Assembly: GCA_031256975.1 (NCBI GenBank)
Contig: JAIRPN010000002.1
Coordinates: forward strand, 4,837 to 68,836
Direction of reading: 5' to 3'
DNA: 64,000 bases
From: Verrucomicrobiales bacterium
GTDB lineage: Bacteria > Verrucomicrobiota > Verrucomicrobiia > Methylacidiphilales > JAAUTS01
Positions 1-13,333 of this stretch are shown one piece after another (positions within the stretch are counted from its first letter, which is position 1; each line of letters opens with the position of its first letter). The translations under genes and the position numbers were made by a program. The notes beneath the pieces are model-generated. The model did no database searches. It had not been told where the DNA came from and was given only the letters and a program-made list of their open reading frames with translations.

Positions 1-972
1 CTGCAGCACATTCCTGTTTTCCAGCAAAACAATGCTGCCGCCCATTTTCTGCGCCAAGTCGAGTGTCTGCGACAAAATCCGGTGGGTTTCCGAATCCAAA
101 CGACTGCCGGATTCCCGCTTGGTACGCACATAAACGGCATACCACGGCGCGTTCAGATTGGCCGCCAACCGCGAAGTGGTGCGTAGCAATATCGCGGGAT
201 CGGGCCCCCGGCTGCTCAGGGCAACCATGACCTTGCCGAGTACCTTCACCTTTTCACCATTAGCGTCCCCCTGGCGTTGGCGACGGTCCAAAAATTGGGC
301 AATTTCATTCAGGGTGATCTCGCGCAATTGGGTCAGGTTTCTGGTGGTAAAAAAATTTTGCAAGGCCGAATCCACCACCTGCCGGGGATAAATCTTCCCG
401 TCCTGCAAACGCGCGATTAAATCCTCGGCCTCAAGGTCGATGTTCATGATCTGGTCGGCGGTGGCGACGATATTATCGGGAATCCGTTCCTGCACCCTGA
501 CACCGGTCGATTCCTCGACAACGCCGTACAACGATTCCAAATGCTGGATATTCAAGGTGCTGATGACATGAATCCCCGCTTCACGCAATGCCTCCACATC
601 CTCATAACGCTTGGCATGCCGCAATCCCGGGGCATTGGTATGCGCCAGTTCATCCACCAGCACAATGAACGGCTTGCGGCGCAACACCGCATCCAAATCC
701 AGCTCTTTCAGCGTAATGCCGGAATGTGTCACCGTTAGCGGCGGAACAATTTCCAGCTTGCCGATCTGGGCGATGGTTTCCGGTCGGTCATGTGGTTCGA
801 CATAACCGATCACCACATCCACACCCTGTTCGCGCAACCGGTTTCCCTCGACCAGCATGGCATAGGTCTTGCCCACGCCGGCCGAGGAACCGAGATACAA
901 TTTCAAGCGCCCCCGCCGCTGGCGGTGAATCAGTTCCAGAAAATTTTCCGGTGACGGGCGTTCCGGGTTCAT
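1..972 (-). CDS. kdpD: KdpD N-terminal sensor domain plus USP domain (partial; runs off the window start)
   Basis: Not in the ORF track. Manual translation from ATG at 972: MNPERPSPENFLELIHRQRRGRLKLYLGSSAGVGKTYAML (KdpD Walker A), later a USP-like segment (VMVALSS...WYAVYV). Directly follows kdpC. Confidence 0.9.
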   Translation of the reverse strand, partial: MNPERPSPENFLELIHRQRRGRLKLYLGSSAGVGKTYAMLVEGNRLREQGVDVVIGYVEPHDRPETIAQIGKLEIVPPLTVTHSGITLKELDLDAVLRRKPFIVLVDELAHTNAPGLRHAKRYEDVEALREAGIHVISTLNIQHLESLYGVVEESTGVRVQERIPDNIVATADQIMNIDLEAEDLIARLQDGKIYPRQVVDSALQNFFTTRNLTQLREITLNEIAQFLDRRQRQGDANGEKVKVLGKVMVALSSRGPDPAILLRTTSRLAANLNAPWYAVYVRTKRESGSRLDSETHRILSQTLDLAQKMGGSIVLLENRNVLQ

Positions 973-974
973 GG

Positions 975-1556
975 TTAGCGTCGATCCAATTCCAAGTTCA
1001 ACACTAGCACATTCACCCGCGCTTCACCAAACATTCCCAAGTCAGGGCCATCGGTGGCCTTGTCGATCAAGACCCGCAATTCCTCCATCGGGATATTGCG
1101 GGCTTTGGCCACCCGACGCGCCTGAATAGTGGCGTTTTCAGGTGAAATATGCGGATCGAGGCCGCTCCCCGAAGCGGTCACCGCGTCAGCGGGAACTTCG
1201 CTGTTAGCGTCCAGACCGTTCTCCTCACGATAGCTTTTGACGTTCGCCGCAATGTTGTCGTGTAGGCTTTGTGAGGTCGGTCCCAGATTACTGCCTGACG
1301 ACGAAGCGGCATCGTAACCCTTGCCCGCCGCCGACGGGCGCGGATGGAAATAACGATCGCCAACAAAGGCTTGTCCGATCAATTCCGATCCCACCACGCC
1401 GCCGTTGGCGTCATAAACCAGACTGCCATTGGCCTGCTTGGGAAACAATAATTGTCCCCCCGCCCAGACCAGCAACGGGTAAAGCCCGCTGCACACCAAC
1501 AGCAACCCAAGGGTCACCTTTAATGAAATTGCCAACTCTTTTAATATCTTTTTCAT
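975..1556 (-). CDS. kdpC: K+-transporting ATPase subunit C
   Basis: Motifs QANGSL, GSELIGQ, YFHPRPSA, SGSNLGP, VTASGSGLDPHIS; operon position. Confidence 0.97.
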   Translation of the reverse strand: MKKILKELAISLKVTLGLLLVCSGLYPLLVWAGGQLLFPKQANGSLVYDANGGVVGSELIGQAFVGDRYFHPRPSAAGKGYDAASSSGSNLGPTSQSLHDNIAANVKSYREENGLDANSEVPADAVTASGSGLDPHISPENATIQARRVAKARNIPMEELRVLIDKATDGPDLGMFGEARVNVLVLNLELDRR

Positions 1557-1566
1557 AATTCCTCCG

Positions 1567-3579
1567 TTACGCCAAACCCAGTGCGGTAACCACCAGGTCG
1601 ATTAATTTGATGCCAAGAAACGGTGCAATAATGCCCCCAAAACCGTAAATCAACAGATTGCGGCGCAAAATCAACGACGCTCCCATTGGCACGAACTTCA
1701 CCCCGCGCAAGGCCAGCGGAATCAGCAGGATGATGATGATCGCATTAAAAATCACCGCGCTCAGGATCGCGCTTTGCGGGCTGTGCAATTGCATGATATT
1801 AAGAGGCGCAATTGCCGGGAACACCCCGACCAGCATCGCCGGAATAATGGCGAAATATTTCGCCACGTCATTGGCAATGCTGAAGGTGGTCAATGAACCG
1901 CGCGTAATCAGCAACTGTTTGCCAATTTCAATGATTTCAAGCAACTTGGTAGGATTGGAATCCAAATCCACCATATTGCCGGCCTCCTTGGCGGCCTGCG
2001 TGCCGGTATTCATCGCCACACCCACATCCGCCTGGGCCAAGGCCGGTGCATCGTTGGTGCCGTCACCAATCATCGCCACCAGCCGTCCTCCCTGTTGTTC
2101 CTTGCGGATCAAGGCCAGCTTGTCTTCCGGCTTGGCTTCCGCCAGGAAGTCATCAAGACCGGCTTCCTTGGCAATCGCCGCCGCCGTTAGCGGGTTATCG
2201 CCGGTAATCATTACCGAACGGATTCCCATCGCCCGCAATCGGGCAAAGCGTTCGACCAAGCCCTGTTTGATCACGTCCTTTAGGTAAATCACCCCCATTG
2301 CCTTGCTGTTGGCGGCCACCACCAGCGGCGTGCCACCCGAACGCGAAATCCGGTCAACTGCCGCCTGGACATCATTCGGAATCCTGCCGCCAATAAAATC
2401 GCTGATGGCGGGGGCCGAGCCCTTGCGGTACTGCCTGCCGCTGATATCCGCACCGCTCATGCGTGTCTGCGCGCTGAACGGGATAAATACCGCACCCTGC
2501 AAATCCCCCATGTCCATGCCGCGCAAGCCGAACTGTTTCGCCAGCACCACAATGCTGCGGCCTTCGGGTGTTTCGTCCGCGAGTGACGCCAATTGCGAGG
2601 CCGCCGCCAGTTCCTGCATATCGACGCCCCTGGCAGGGATAAACTCCGCCGCCTGGCGGTTCCCCAGCGTGATCGTTCCGGTCTTATCCAGCAGGATCAC
2701 ATCCACATCCCCCGCCGCTTCCACCGCGCGACCGCTCATCGCCAGCACATTGCGCTGCAACAAACGGTCCATGCCCGCAATGCCGATGGCACTCAGCAAA
2801 CCCCCAATGGTCGTCGGAATCAGGCAGACCAGCAAGGCCACCAGGGTCACCGTGGAAAAAGCCACGCTGCCATACACTCCAAAAAACTTCAACGTGATGA
2901 TCACCACCAAAAAGATCAGCGTTAGCGCCGACAACAGGATGGTTAGGGCAATTTCATTCGGTGTTTTCTGTCGCCTGGCGCCTTCCACCAGGCTGATCAT
3001 GCGATCCAGGAAGCCCTCACCCGGATCCGCGGTAATGCGCACGGTAATCTCATCCGACAACACTCGCGTGCCCCCGGTCACCGCACTGCGGTCTCCCCCG
3101 GCCTCGCGGATCACCGGGGCGGATTCGCCGGTAATCGCCGACTCATCAACCGTCGCCGCACCGTTGACAACTTCGCCGTCGCCGGCAATCAATTCCCCTG
3201 CACCAACCACGATCACATCGTTTTTGCGCAATTGCGCCGCATCCACCGTTGTCAGATCGCCATTGGCGACCTTTTTCCGGGCGCTGATCTTCTGCCGCGA
3301 ATGGCGCAGGGAATCGGCCTGCGCCTTGCCCCGCCCCTCTGCCATCGACTCGGCAAAGTTGGCGAACAACACCGTGAACAACAGCCATAGCGTGACTTGC
3401 AGGATGTAACCCAAATCATGCTGCGGGCGGAATAATTCCACCGCGCAAAGGATTGTGCCGATCAACGTGACAAACATCACGGGATTCTTGAATTGCCTGC
3501 GCGGGTCCAGTTTAATAAGCGACTCCAATACCGCCGTCTTCAAAATGGCGGGATCGAGCAAAGTAACCGTTTTCTTCAT
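1567..3579 (-). CDS. kdpB: K+-transporting P-type ATPase subunit B
   Basis: Motifs [19 protein letters not shown] and KNPVMF. Confidence 0.98.
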   Translation of the reverse strand: MKKTVTLLDPAILKTAVLESLIKLDPRRQFKNPVMFVTLIGTILCAVELFRPQHDLGYILQVTLWLLFTVLFANFAESMAEGRGKAQADSLRHSRQKISARKKVANGDLTTVDAAQLRKNDVIVVGAGELIAGDGEVVNGAATVDESAITGESAPVIREAGGDRSAVTGGTRVLSDEITVRITADPGEGFLDRMISLVEGARRQKTPNEIALTILLSALTLIFLVVIITLKFFGVYGSVAFSTVTLVALLVCLIPTTIGGLLSAIGIAGMDRLLQRNVLAMSGRAVEAAGDVDVILLDKTGTITLGNRQAAEFIPARGVDMQELAAASQLASLADETPEGRSIVVLAKQFGLRGMDMGDLQGAVFIPFSAQTRMSGADISGRQYRKGSAPAISDFIGGRIPNDVQAAVDRISRSGGTPLVVAANSKAMGVIYLKDVIKQGLVERFARLRAMGIRSVMITGDNPLTAAAIAKEAGLDDFLAEAKPEDKLALIRKEQQGGRLVAMIGDGTNDAPALAQADVGVAMNTGTQAAKEAGNMVDLDSNPTKLLEIIEIGKQLLITRGSLTTFSIANDVAKYFAIIPAMLVGVFPAIAPLNIMQLHSPQSAILSAVIFNAIIIILLIPLALRGVKFVPMGASLILRRNLLIYGFGGIIAPFLGIKLIDLVVTALGLA

Positions 3580-3598
3580 GTTTCTTTCTCCGTTGAAA

Positions 3599-5350
3599 TT
3601 AGAATAGTTTTCCGGCGGTCATCAGGAAGTGCTCCACCACCGGTCCCAGCACCAGCACCGGGACAAAGGTCAGGGCTCCGATCAATACAACCGAGCCGAC
3701 AATCAAAATCGTAAAGGTTATGCCATGCACTTGCAGGGTGCCGGCACTGGAGGGCAGAATCTTCTTGGCCCCCAAATTGCCGGCCATGGCCAGAATCAGG
3801 GCGATCATGAAGAAACGACCGACCAGCATCGCTAACGACAAAGTGTAGTTATACCAAGGCGTGTTCGCCGTTAGCCCGGCGAAGGCACTGCCGTTGTTGC
3901 CAACACAGGAACTGTAAGCATACAGGATTTCACTAAAACCATGCGGCCCCTGATTGTTTAATCCGGCCAAACCCCATTTGGATACACCGGCCCATGCCGT
4001 CAACCCCAGGATGCATATCGCCAGAACCGTCAGAATCATCACGCACATCTTCACATCGAAGGATTCAATTTTCTTGCCGAGATATTCCGGAGTACGCCCC
4101 ACCATCAATCCGGCGATGAACACCGCCAGGATCACATAGATCAGCATGCCATACAGTCCCGCTCCCACCCCACCAAAGATGACCTCGCCGGTTTGCATGT
4201 TAAATAAGGGAATCAGCCCGCCAAGCGGCGTAAAGGAATCGTGCATCGCATTCACCGCACCGCAGGAAGCATCGGTGGTAACCGTGGCGAACAAGGCGGA
4301 ATTGAAAATACCGAAACGCGTTTCCTTGCCTTCCATGTTGCCATCGCTAATGGCGACACCCAGATGCTGGTGAATCGGATTGCCCGCCGATTCAGCCCGC
4401 CAACAAACCAACACCCCGGCAATGAACAGAGTGAACATCGCCGCCCACACCGTCCAGCCGTGTTTTTGATTCCTGACCATTCGTCCAAAAGTGTAAGTCA
4501 AGGCCGCTGGGATCGCGAAAATCGACAACATCTGGAAGAAATTCGACAAGGGAGTCGGGTTCTCGTAAGGATGCGCCGCATTAGCGTTCGCATAGCCACC
4601 GCCATTAGTGCCGAGCATTTTAATGGCGATCTGCGAGGCGATCGGTCCCTGCACAATACTTTGCTCCTTGAGCTCCTGCGATTTGTTATCGGTGCCCGTC
4701 ACCATTTGTGCCTGCACCAGCTGTGCGGTATCGTAGGGCTTGAAATTCTGCGGAATCCCCTGCCCGACCAAAAACAGGGCGTATACCACGCAAATGGGAA
4801 GCAACACATAGTACGTCACACGCACCAGATCGGTCCAAAAATTACCCAGTGTCTGCGACGAGGCACGGGATAAGCCGCGAATCAAAGTCGCCGCAACGGC
4901 AATGCCCGCCGCGGCGGAGGTAAAATTATGGCTGGCCAGCGCCACCATCTGCGAGAAATACGACATGGTGGATTCCCCGCCGTAACTCTGCCAGTTCGTG
5001 TTGGTCAGAAAGCTCACGGCCGTGTTGAACGCCAGGTCGGTCGTCAAGTCCGGCAGGCCCTGCGGATTCAGCGGCAAATGACTCTGCCAGCGGAGACAGG
5101 CAAACGTAAACGCCAAGCCAATCAGACTGAACGCTAACAGCGAAATACCGTATTCCCGCCTGCCTTGCTCTCGCAACGGATCAATGCCGCAGCAGCGGTA
5201 TGTCAACCGCTCCAGCGGACCGATGATCCGGTCGAGGAATGTTTTTCCATTAGGGGTGATGACCTGTTGCAAATACAAGCCCAAGGGCTTGGTAACCAGC
5301 AACAAGGTCCCGACAAACAGCATCAGCTGCAACCAATCGTGACCTCTCAT
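3599..5350 (-). CDS. kdpA: K+-transporting ATPase subunit A
   Basis: Motifs [28 protein letters not shown] and NNGSAFAG. Confidence 0.98.
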   Translation of the reverse strand: MRGHDWLQLMLFVGTLLLVTKPLGLYLQQVITPNGKTFLDRIIGPLERLTYRCCGIDPLREQGRREYGISLLAFSLIGLAFTFACLRWQSHLPLNPQGLPDLTTDLAFNTAVSFLTNTNWQSYGGESTMSYFSQMVALASHNFTSAAAGIAVAATLIRGLSRASSQTLGNFWTDLVRVTYYVLLPICVVYALFLVGQGIPQNFKPYDTAQLVQAQMVTGTDNKSQELKEQSIVQGPIASQIAIKMLGTNGGGYANANAAHPYENPTPLSNFFQMLSIFAIPAALTYTFGRMVRNQKHGWTVWAAMFTLFIAGVLVCWRAESAGNPIHQHLGVAISDGNMEGKETRFGIFNSALFATVTTDASCGAVNAMHDSFTPLGGLIPLFNMQTGEVIFGGVGAGLYGMLIYVILAVFIAGLMVGRTPEYLGKKIESFDVKMCVMILTVLAICILGLTAWAGVSKWGLAGLNNQGPHGFSEILYAYSSCVGNNGSAFAGLTANTPWYNYTLSLAMLVGRFFMIALILAMAGNLGAKKILPSSAGTLQVHGITFTILIVGSVVLIGALTFVPVLVLGPVVEHFLMTAGKLF

Positions 5351-5359
5351 AACAACGCG

Positions 5360-5440
5360 TCAGAACTTTTCAGGATAAAGCACCGCCGCAAACAAGTACC
5401 CAAGCAGGCACAGGGCGGCCAGTCCCGTGATAATGTCCAT
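5360..5440 (-). CDS. kdpF: KdpF small membrane peptide (26 aa)
   Basis: Manual translation MDIITGLAALCLLGYLFAAVLYPEKF*, with the typical YL...PEKF end, immediately upstream of kdpA. Confidence 0.9.
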   Translation of the reverse strand: MDIITGLAALCLLGYLFAAVLYPEKF

Positions 5441-5446
5441 TGAATT

Positions 5447-5527
5447 TTACCGTGGCAGCTTGAGAAAAATTCCCGCCAGCACGAAGACTGCAATGACCAC
5501 GAGCAGGTAGAAAACTTGCATCAACAT
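5447..5527 (-). CDS. Second small hydrophobic peptide (26 aa) at the head of the kdp operon
   Basis: MLMQVFYLLVVIAVFVLAGIFLKLPR*: one TM helix with a basic tail, GGAG RBS upstream, stop 6 nt before the kdpF ATG. Confidence 0.65.
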   Translation of the reverse strand: MLMQVFYLLVVIAVFVLAGIFLKLPR

Positions 5528-5648
5528 GACACAGCTCCAATTACCGGAAAGACGGCGCGGTTTTACGGGCACACCTCGTCCGGAGTGTTAGTCTTGGGTG
5601 ACCGTGGATGCCTCGCGCCCGCGAGCTCTAGAGGATCGCCCTTCCAAA

Positions 5649-5797
5649 TGCCGACGAGGTTAGCTGTCGGGCTCGGCCTTGAAAGTGGCCTTGGCTTCGA
5701 TTACTCGAAGCCGTTCGCCCCATCCGCTTCGCTATTGGCGTTGCGGAACTTGGTTCCCCCGCGTCACGCCCCAGGAAGAGGGCGCAACTTAGGCTGC
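5649..5797 (-). ncRNA. c-di-AMP (ydaO/yuaA) riboswitch
   Basis: Minus strand reads GCCTAA-hairpin-GCGGGGGAACCA...TGGGGCGAA...GCCGAGCCCGACAGCTAACCTCGTCGGC, matching the conserved ydaO blocks. Lies in the leader of a K+ uptake operon. Confidence 0.88.
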
Positions 5798-5805
5798 TAT
5801 GGAAA

Positions 5806-5834
5806 GCTATACTACAATTTAGTGATAAATGCAA
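5806..5834 (-). promoter_or_regulatory. Candidate sigma70 promoter of the riboswitch-kdp transcript
   Basis: TTGCAT-17 nt-TATAGC on the minus strand, just upstream of the aptamer. Confidence 0.4.
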
Positions 5835-5876
5835 ACAGGCCACGGCTAACTCATTGATGGAGAGCCAAATATTCTT

Positions 5877-6326
5877 CTAGTGGGCGAATTTATTTTTGCT
5901 CGAAAGCTCAAAAGCTGCCGGAATGACCTGGAACTTTGCCGCTTGCGCATTGGCGTCCAGAAAAACTTCCACCACGTCGAAACGCACTGGCATGTCTTGC
6001 GTCTTCAATTCACTAAGATATTCATAAGCCGTGCGAATGATTTTGCGTTGTTTTGATGCCGTCACCGCCTCCGCCGGAGTGCCCCATGAATTCAGCCCGC
6101 GCGCCTTCACCTCGACGAATACCAAGACACCTTGATGACGGCAAACCAGATCAATTTCTCCCCACTTGCTTCGGTAATTCCTGACCAGTAAGCGATACCC
6201 TAGCTTGCGCAGATGACGGTTAGCGGCACGTTCGCCCAGCCTGCCGCGGCGGCGACGCTCGCCGTTAGCGTCAGAACTTGAAACTGCACTGCGTGACGGG
6301 AGCAAAGCTGCGACGATGGATTTCAC
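5877..6326 (-). CDS. yraN: YraN family (UPF0102) nuclease-like protein; start codon uncertain
   Basis: Motifs GRLGERAA, RNYR...GEIDLV, LVFVEVKAR and RFDVV; usual rnhB-yraN synteny. The ORF track extends to 6395. Confidence 0.88.
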   Translation of the reverse strand: MKSIVAALLPSRSAVSSSDANGERRRRGRLGERAANRHLRKLGYRLLVRNYRSKWGEIDLVCRHQGVLVFVEVKARGLNSWGTPAEAVTASKQRKIIRTAYEYLSELKTQDMPVRFDVVEVFLDANAQAAKFQVIPAAFELSSKNKFAH

Positions 6327-6897
6327 ACGGCCCCAAGCGTTCAAGCGCCGCGAGGTGTTTTGCCGTGCCGTATCCCTTGTGTGTGGCAAATTCATAACCG
6401 GGGAACTTATGTTCCGCCTCCTCCATCATGCGGTCGCGCGTTTCCTTGGCAAGGATGGAAGCGGCGGCAATCGACGGCGATTTGCCATCGCCCTTGACGA
6501 TGGGTTGAATCTTCACCGTTAGCGAGGGCATCTGCGAGCCATCAATCAACGCGATATCCGCCTGCCGGTCAATTCCCGCCAGTGCGCGCTGCATCGCCAA
6601 AAAAGTCGCCTGCAAAATATTCACCCGGTCGATTTCCTCCACCGTTGCCACGCCCACCGCCCATTTCAAGGCGCCGCTAACGGTGATCTCATCGAACAAA
6701 CGGCGACGCTGCGCGCGGCTCAATTTCTTGGAATCATTCAATCCTTCCGGCCAGCTTTGTCGTTCAAGAAACACACAAGCCCCGGCCACCACCGGGCCGG
6801 CCAGGCAACCACGCCCGGCCTCATCGATGCCGACAATCACCTTCGCCCCGTCATTAGCGGCCGCCTGTTCGTATTCCCAACTCAGCAAATTACTCAT
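6271..6897 (-). CDS. rnhB: Ribonuclease HII
   Basis: Motifs GIDEAGRGCLAGPVVA, LNDSKKL, SIAAASILAK, HKGYGT and HRRSF. Confidence 0.97.
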   Translation of the reverse strand: MSNLLSWEYEQAAANDGAKVIVGIDEAGRGCLAGPVVAGACVFLERQSWPEGLNDSKKLSRAQRRRLFDEITVSGALKWAVGVATVEEIDRVNILQATFLAMQRALAGIDRQADIALIDGSQMPSLTVKIQPIVKGDGKSPSIAAASILAKETRDRMMEEAEHKFPGYEFATHKGYGTAKHLAALERLGPCEIHRRSFAPVTQCSFKF

Positions 6898-6900
6898 GTT

Positions 6901-7527
6901 TCAGGCAGCTACCAAAACAGTCTCGGGAATTTTGGTCAAGACTGAATGCATCAATTCATCGTTGGCATTCAGATTGTACACTTCCTCGTAAAGGCGGCGC
7001 ACCAGCGTGCGGATTTTTTCACCCGTCAGGGGCCGTTTGCTGGCCGCGGGCGCCAGCAGCAATTTCATCTCGATCGGCTCACCGCCAATCAATGAAGGCA
7101 TTTTATAGGGAACCGACAAAATCTCGCGTGCGCCGTGCCGGTGATAAAACTTCAACCGCCGATGGCGTTCCTCATCATTCCCATACGCCGGATCTTCCAC
7201 CTCGATCACCAGACTCTTGCCATTGGCGGAGACCGATTGCACCAGATGACGGAAAAATTCCGTCCCGCGTCCGCCACCGCGCATTTTCGGATGCGAGGCA
7301 AAGTAATCCAGCAACACGAATTCAGTCTCCGGAAAATCATACAGGATTGCGAAAATCGCCACGTTGTCGCCGTCTTTGGCAACAAATAGGCGGTAAGGAC
7401 CTTCGGCAATGCGACGGGCAACCAGATCATCGGTATGCCGTTCATTATCGGGAAACGACGCGCGGTAAATTTCCAGGGTCTGGCGAAATCCCTCACTATT
7501 AGCGTCGGTAACGAGTTCGTAATTCAT
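6901..7527 (-). CDS. GNAT family N-acetyltransferase
   Basis: LLDYFA...MRGGGRG acetyl-CoA motif and RRLKFY. Start MNYELV chosen by alignment to the paralog. Confidence 0.8.
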   Translation of the reverse strand: MNYELVTDANSEGFRQTLEIYRASFPDNERHTDDLVARRIAEGPYRLFVAKDGDNVAIFAILYDFPETEFVLLDYFASHPKMRGGGRGTEFFRHLVQSVSANGKSLVIEVEDPAYGNDEERHRRLKFYHRHGAREILSVPYKMPSLIGGEPIEMKLLLAPAASKRPLTGEKIRTLVRRLYEEVYNLNANDELMHSVLTKIPETVLVAA

Positions 7528-7823
7528 GGGTAAATCCGCGGATCGGAATTTTCGATTGGGAAGAATCAGCAGCCGGCGGGAATCAAATGCCGTTCGGTAG
7601 AAACAAACCGGTAGAAACAACCGGAAGACCGGAAATTTTGCAAGAATCGAAGCTATGCTTCTTCATAAAGAGAGGCGCAAATTACAGCATAAAACGGCCA
7701 TTTTGTCGATTCAGCCGCCTTCGCAATTCACCCTTGCTTATCAAAGCGTAAGTCACGCTACTATTGGAATTCGGTAACCTCTTCCCTGCAAACCCAATAC
7801 AGCAGGCAATTTATCGCCCGTAT

Positions 7824-8453
7824 TCAGGCAGCAACCAAAATTGTTTCGGGAACTTTGTGCAAAATCGAGAGCAATAACTCATCCCGGGCATCACGTTGAT
7901 AAAGCTCCTCATAAATTTGGACGATCAACCCCCGGACCAAGGCTCCCGCTAACGACGAAGTTCCGCCCACCGGCGCCAGCAACAACAGCATCTCTGTCGG
8001 CGCGCCACTCGCCAGCGGCGGCATTTTGTAAGGCACGCCAAGCAATTCACGCGCGCCAAGCTTGCGGTAAAAATTCAAGCGGCGCACCCGCTCCCCGTGA
8101 TTATCGCCAAACTCAGGATCCTCGACTTCCAGCAACAATCGTTTGCCACCGGCGAAAATTCGCTCGATGAGATGCGAACAAAACAATGATCCCGCCCCGC
8201 CGCCGCGCGCGTCCCGGCGCAACGCGATGTAATCCAGCAGGAAAAAACCGGTCTCGGTCAACTCGTGCAGCAAGGCGAACATTGCCACCCCGGCAGTGTC
8301 CTCGCCTATCCACAATTGGTAAAAACCGGCGTCCACCCGTTCCGCAATCACCATGTCACGATGCCGTTCATTATCGGGGAATGATTGCCGGTAAATGGTC
8401 AGCGCCTGCCGGAAGGACTCACCGTTAGCGTCGCTGACCCTGCGGTAGTTCAT
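7824..8453 (-). CDS. GNAT family N-acetyltransferase (paralog of 6901-7527)
   Basis: LLDYIA...ARGGGAG and RRLNFYRKLG; clearly similar to the neighbouring GNAT. Confidence 0.8.
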   Translation of the reverse strand: MNYRRVSDANGESFRQALTIYRQSFPDNERHRDMVIAERVDAGFYQLWIGEDTAGVAMFALLHELTETGFFLLDYIALRRDARGGGAGSLFCSHLIERIFAGGKRLLLEVEDPEFGDNHGERVRRLNFYRKLGARELLGVPYKMPPLASGAPTEMLLLLAPVGGTSSLAGALVRGLIVQIYEELYQRDARDELLLSILHKVPETILVAA

Positions 8454-8548
8454 GCCGCAACTATGAACTGTTTCCACCCATCAGCAACCCCTAACAGGAT
8501 ATTTTGTAATAACTTTATTTTTTCCGGAAACCTGTTAAGGCTACTCAC

Positions 8549-9112
8549 ATGAAAGCCTTGCTGCCGTCCGGCCTTTTGTTGCTCCTCGGGCTATTAGCGC
8601 CGCTAACAGCGACACCCTACACGGAATCCCTTACCGGCATTAATTTCCCCGATGAATTATCAGGAATGCTCCTGACCAAGATTACTGATTACGAAGCGCA
8701 AAATCCCGGCGGCGGAACCGGCATCTCCTATCGTGCTCCAAATGCCAAGGCTGATTTCTATATTTATAACGGCGGCCTGAAGAATATTCCATCCAACTTG
8801 GATTCGCCGCCAATCAGCCAGCACTTCCAAGCGGTGGTCGACGCCATTCCAAAATTGCTGGGCCAACCGGAAAACCAGTTAAAAATCCTGCAACCCAGGG
8901 AAGAAATCCGGATTGGCCAACTTGCTTTCCTGCACACGGCCCTGAGTTATCAATTGAACGATGAAGGCAAAATCACCCATGTCTACCTGACCAGCCTGAA
9001 CCATCAGTTCCTCAAAATCCGCTTCACCTGCATCAACAGCTCGCTGCAGGTCAACGACCGGATTTTGCAGGACTTCCTGCAAGGCAGCGCCAAATTGTGG
9101 CCCTCTCCCTGA
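8549..9112 (+). CDS. Hypothetical secreted protein
   Basis: Hydrophobic N-terminal signal peptide; fills the gap between flanking genes. Confidence 0.7.
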   Translation: MKALLPSGLLLLLGLLAPLTATPYTESLTGINFPDELSGMLLTKITDYEAQNPGGGTGISYRAPNAKADFYIYNGGLKNIPSNLDSPPISQHFQAVVDAIPKLLGQPENQLKILQPREEIRIGQLAFLHTALSYQLNDEGKITHVYLTSLNHQFLKIRFTCINSSLQVNDRILQDFLQGSAKLWPSP

Positions 9113-9113
9113 G

Positions 9114-9959
9114 TCACTTCAACAGCCGTTGCATCTCCTCGGCATATTTCCGGCCAAGGATAATCTGCCCCGCGCCGTCGAAATGCAGGGCATCTTTCAT
9201 GGTTAGCCCCTTGGTATCGACCATGCCGGTCAGCGGCACATCCCTGGCCACATTGGCCTGCGCGGTTCTCAAGGTTTCGAGCTGCTTCAATGCCGTCTGC
9301 GAAACCTGACCGATCACAAAAGGCAAATCCTTTCCGTAGGTCAGGCGGATATCGACAATGAACCGCTTCAGATTTTCCTCGTATTGGTTGGCGGAATTTT
9401 CCTTGTCGGCATCCGCTTCCCCCTGCATCCAGATCATGCCTTTGATGACAATCGTGTCGCCGGGGTGAGCCTCTTTCAACGTGGTCAAACCCCTGCCGAC
9501 GATGGTTTGAAAACCCTTGTACATGCCGCCGTCACCCTCGGTGCCTGCCGTACCGCCTGCTTTCCAATGGTCAATCAGGTTGGTGCCACCGTAGGAATAC
9601 TTGAGGATGGCCACCGACTCATTCTTCTGTTGGTAATAATCCGCCATTGCCTTGCCGAAACTGAGTTCCGGCCCGAAATGAATGGTATTCTCCGCCTCGA
9701 TGGTCGGTTGCAACGGAATCAAGGTTCCCGATGTGCTGGTCGTGTTGGACAAGTCGAGTTTTCGGTTGTAATAAAACGGCACGTTTTCCTGCTTTTTCAA
9801 TTCCTCCGGCACCACCGTGTCCGGTTTGAAATCGCGGCCGTCGGCATTGGATTGTCCGCCGACCAAAAACACATTGATCGTTCCGGCGGAGAGAGCCAAA
9901 ACCTGTAACTTCACCATTAGCGCCAGTGCGGCGACCTGTCCTAATTTTCGTGCCTGCAT
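9114..9959 (-). CDS. Sialate O-acetylesterase-like carbohydrate esterase (SASA/DUF303, SGNH fold)
   Basis: Motifs GGQSNA, FGPE, WMQGEAD and DALHF; signal peptide. Confidence 0.85.
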   Translation of the reverse strand: MQARKLGQVAALALMVKLQVLALSAGTINVFLVGGQSNADGRDFKPDTVVPEELKKQENVPFYYNRKLDLSNTTSTSGTLIPLQPTIEAENTIHFGPELSFGKAMADYYQQKNESVAILKYSYGGTNLIDHWKAGGTAGTEGDGGMYKGFQTIVGRGLTTLKEAHPGDTIVIKGMIWMQGEADADKENSANQYEENLKRFIVDIRLTYGKDLPFVIGQVSQTALKQLETLRTAQANVARDVPLTGMVDTKGLTMKDALHFDGAGQIILGRKYAEEMQRLLK

Positions 9960-9960
9960 G

Positions 9961-13230
<3,270 letters not shown>

Positions 13231-13264
13231 TTATTCCCGACTCCCATTGAGACAAACCTTAATA

Positions 13265-13296
13265 TGTCTCTTTTTTTAAGGCAAATGTCTCTTTTT
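13265..13296. promoter_or_regulatory. Direct-repeat operator candidate (TGTCTCTTTTT twice, 21-bp spacing)
   Basis: TGTCTC at 13265 and 13286, in the divergent region between the GH2 gene and the regulator. Confidence 0.5.
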
Positions 13297-13333
13297 AAAT
13301 TGTAGGAAAGGCTGTTGCGCCTACAATTTCCAC

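Noticed and set aside
5516-5857. ORFs of 113 aa (+) and 71 aa (-) upstream of kdp
   Set aside because: They overlap the riboswitch and have non-protein-like composition.
7595-7633. Short direct repeat CGGTAGAAACAA (two copies)
   Set aside because: Too short and too few copies to support a function; probably replication slippage.
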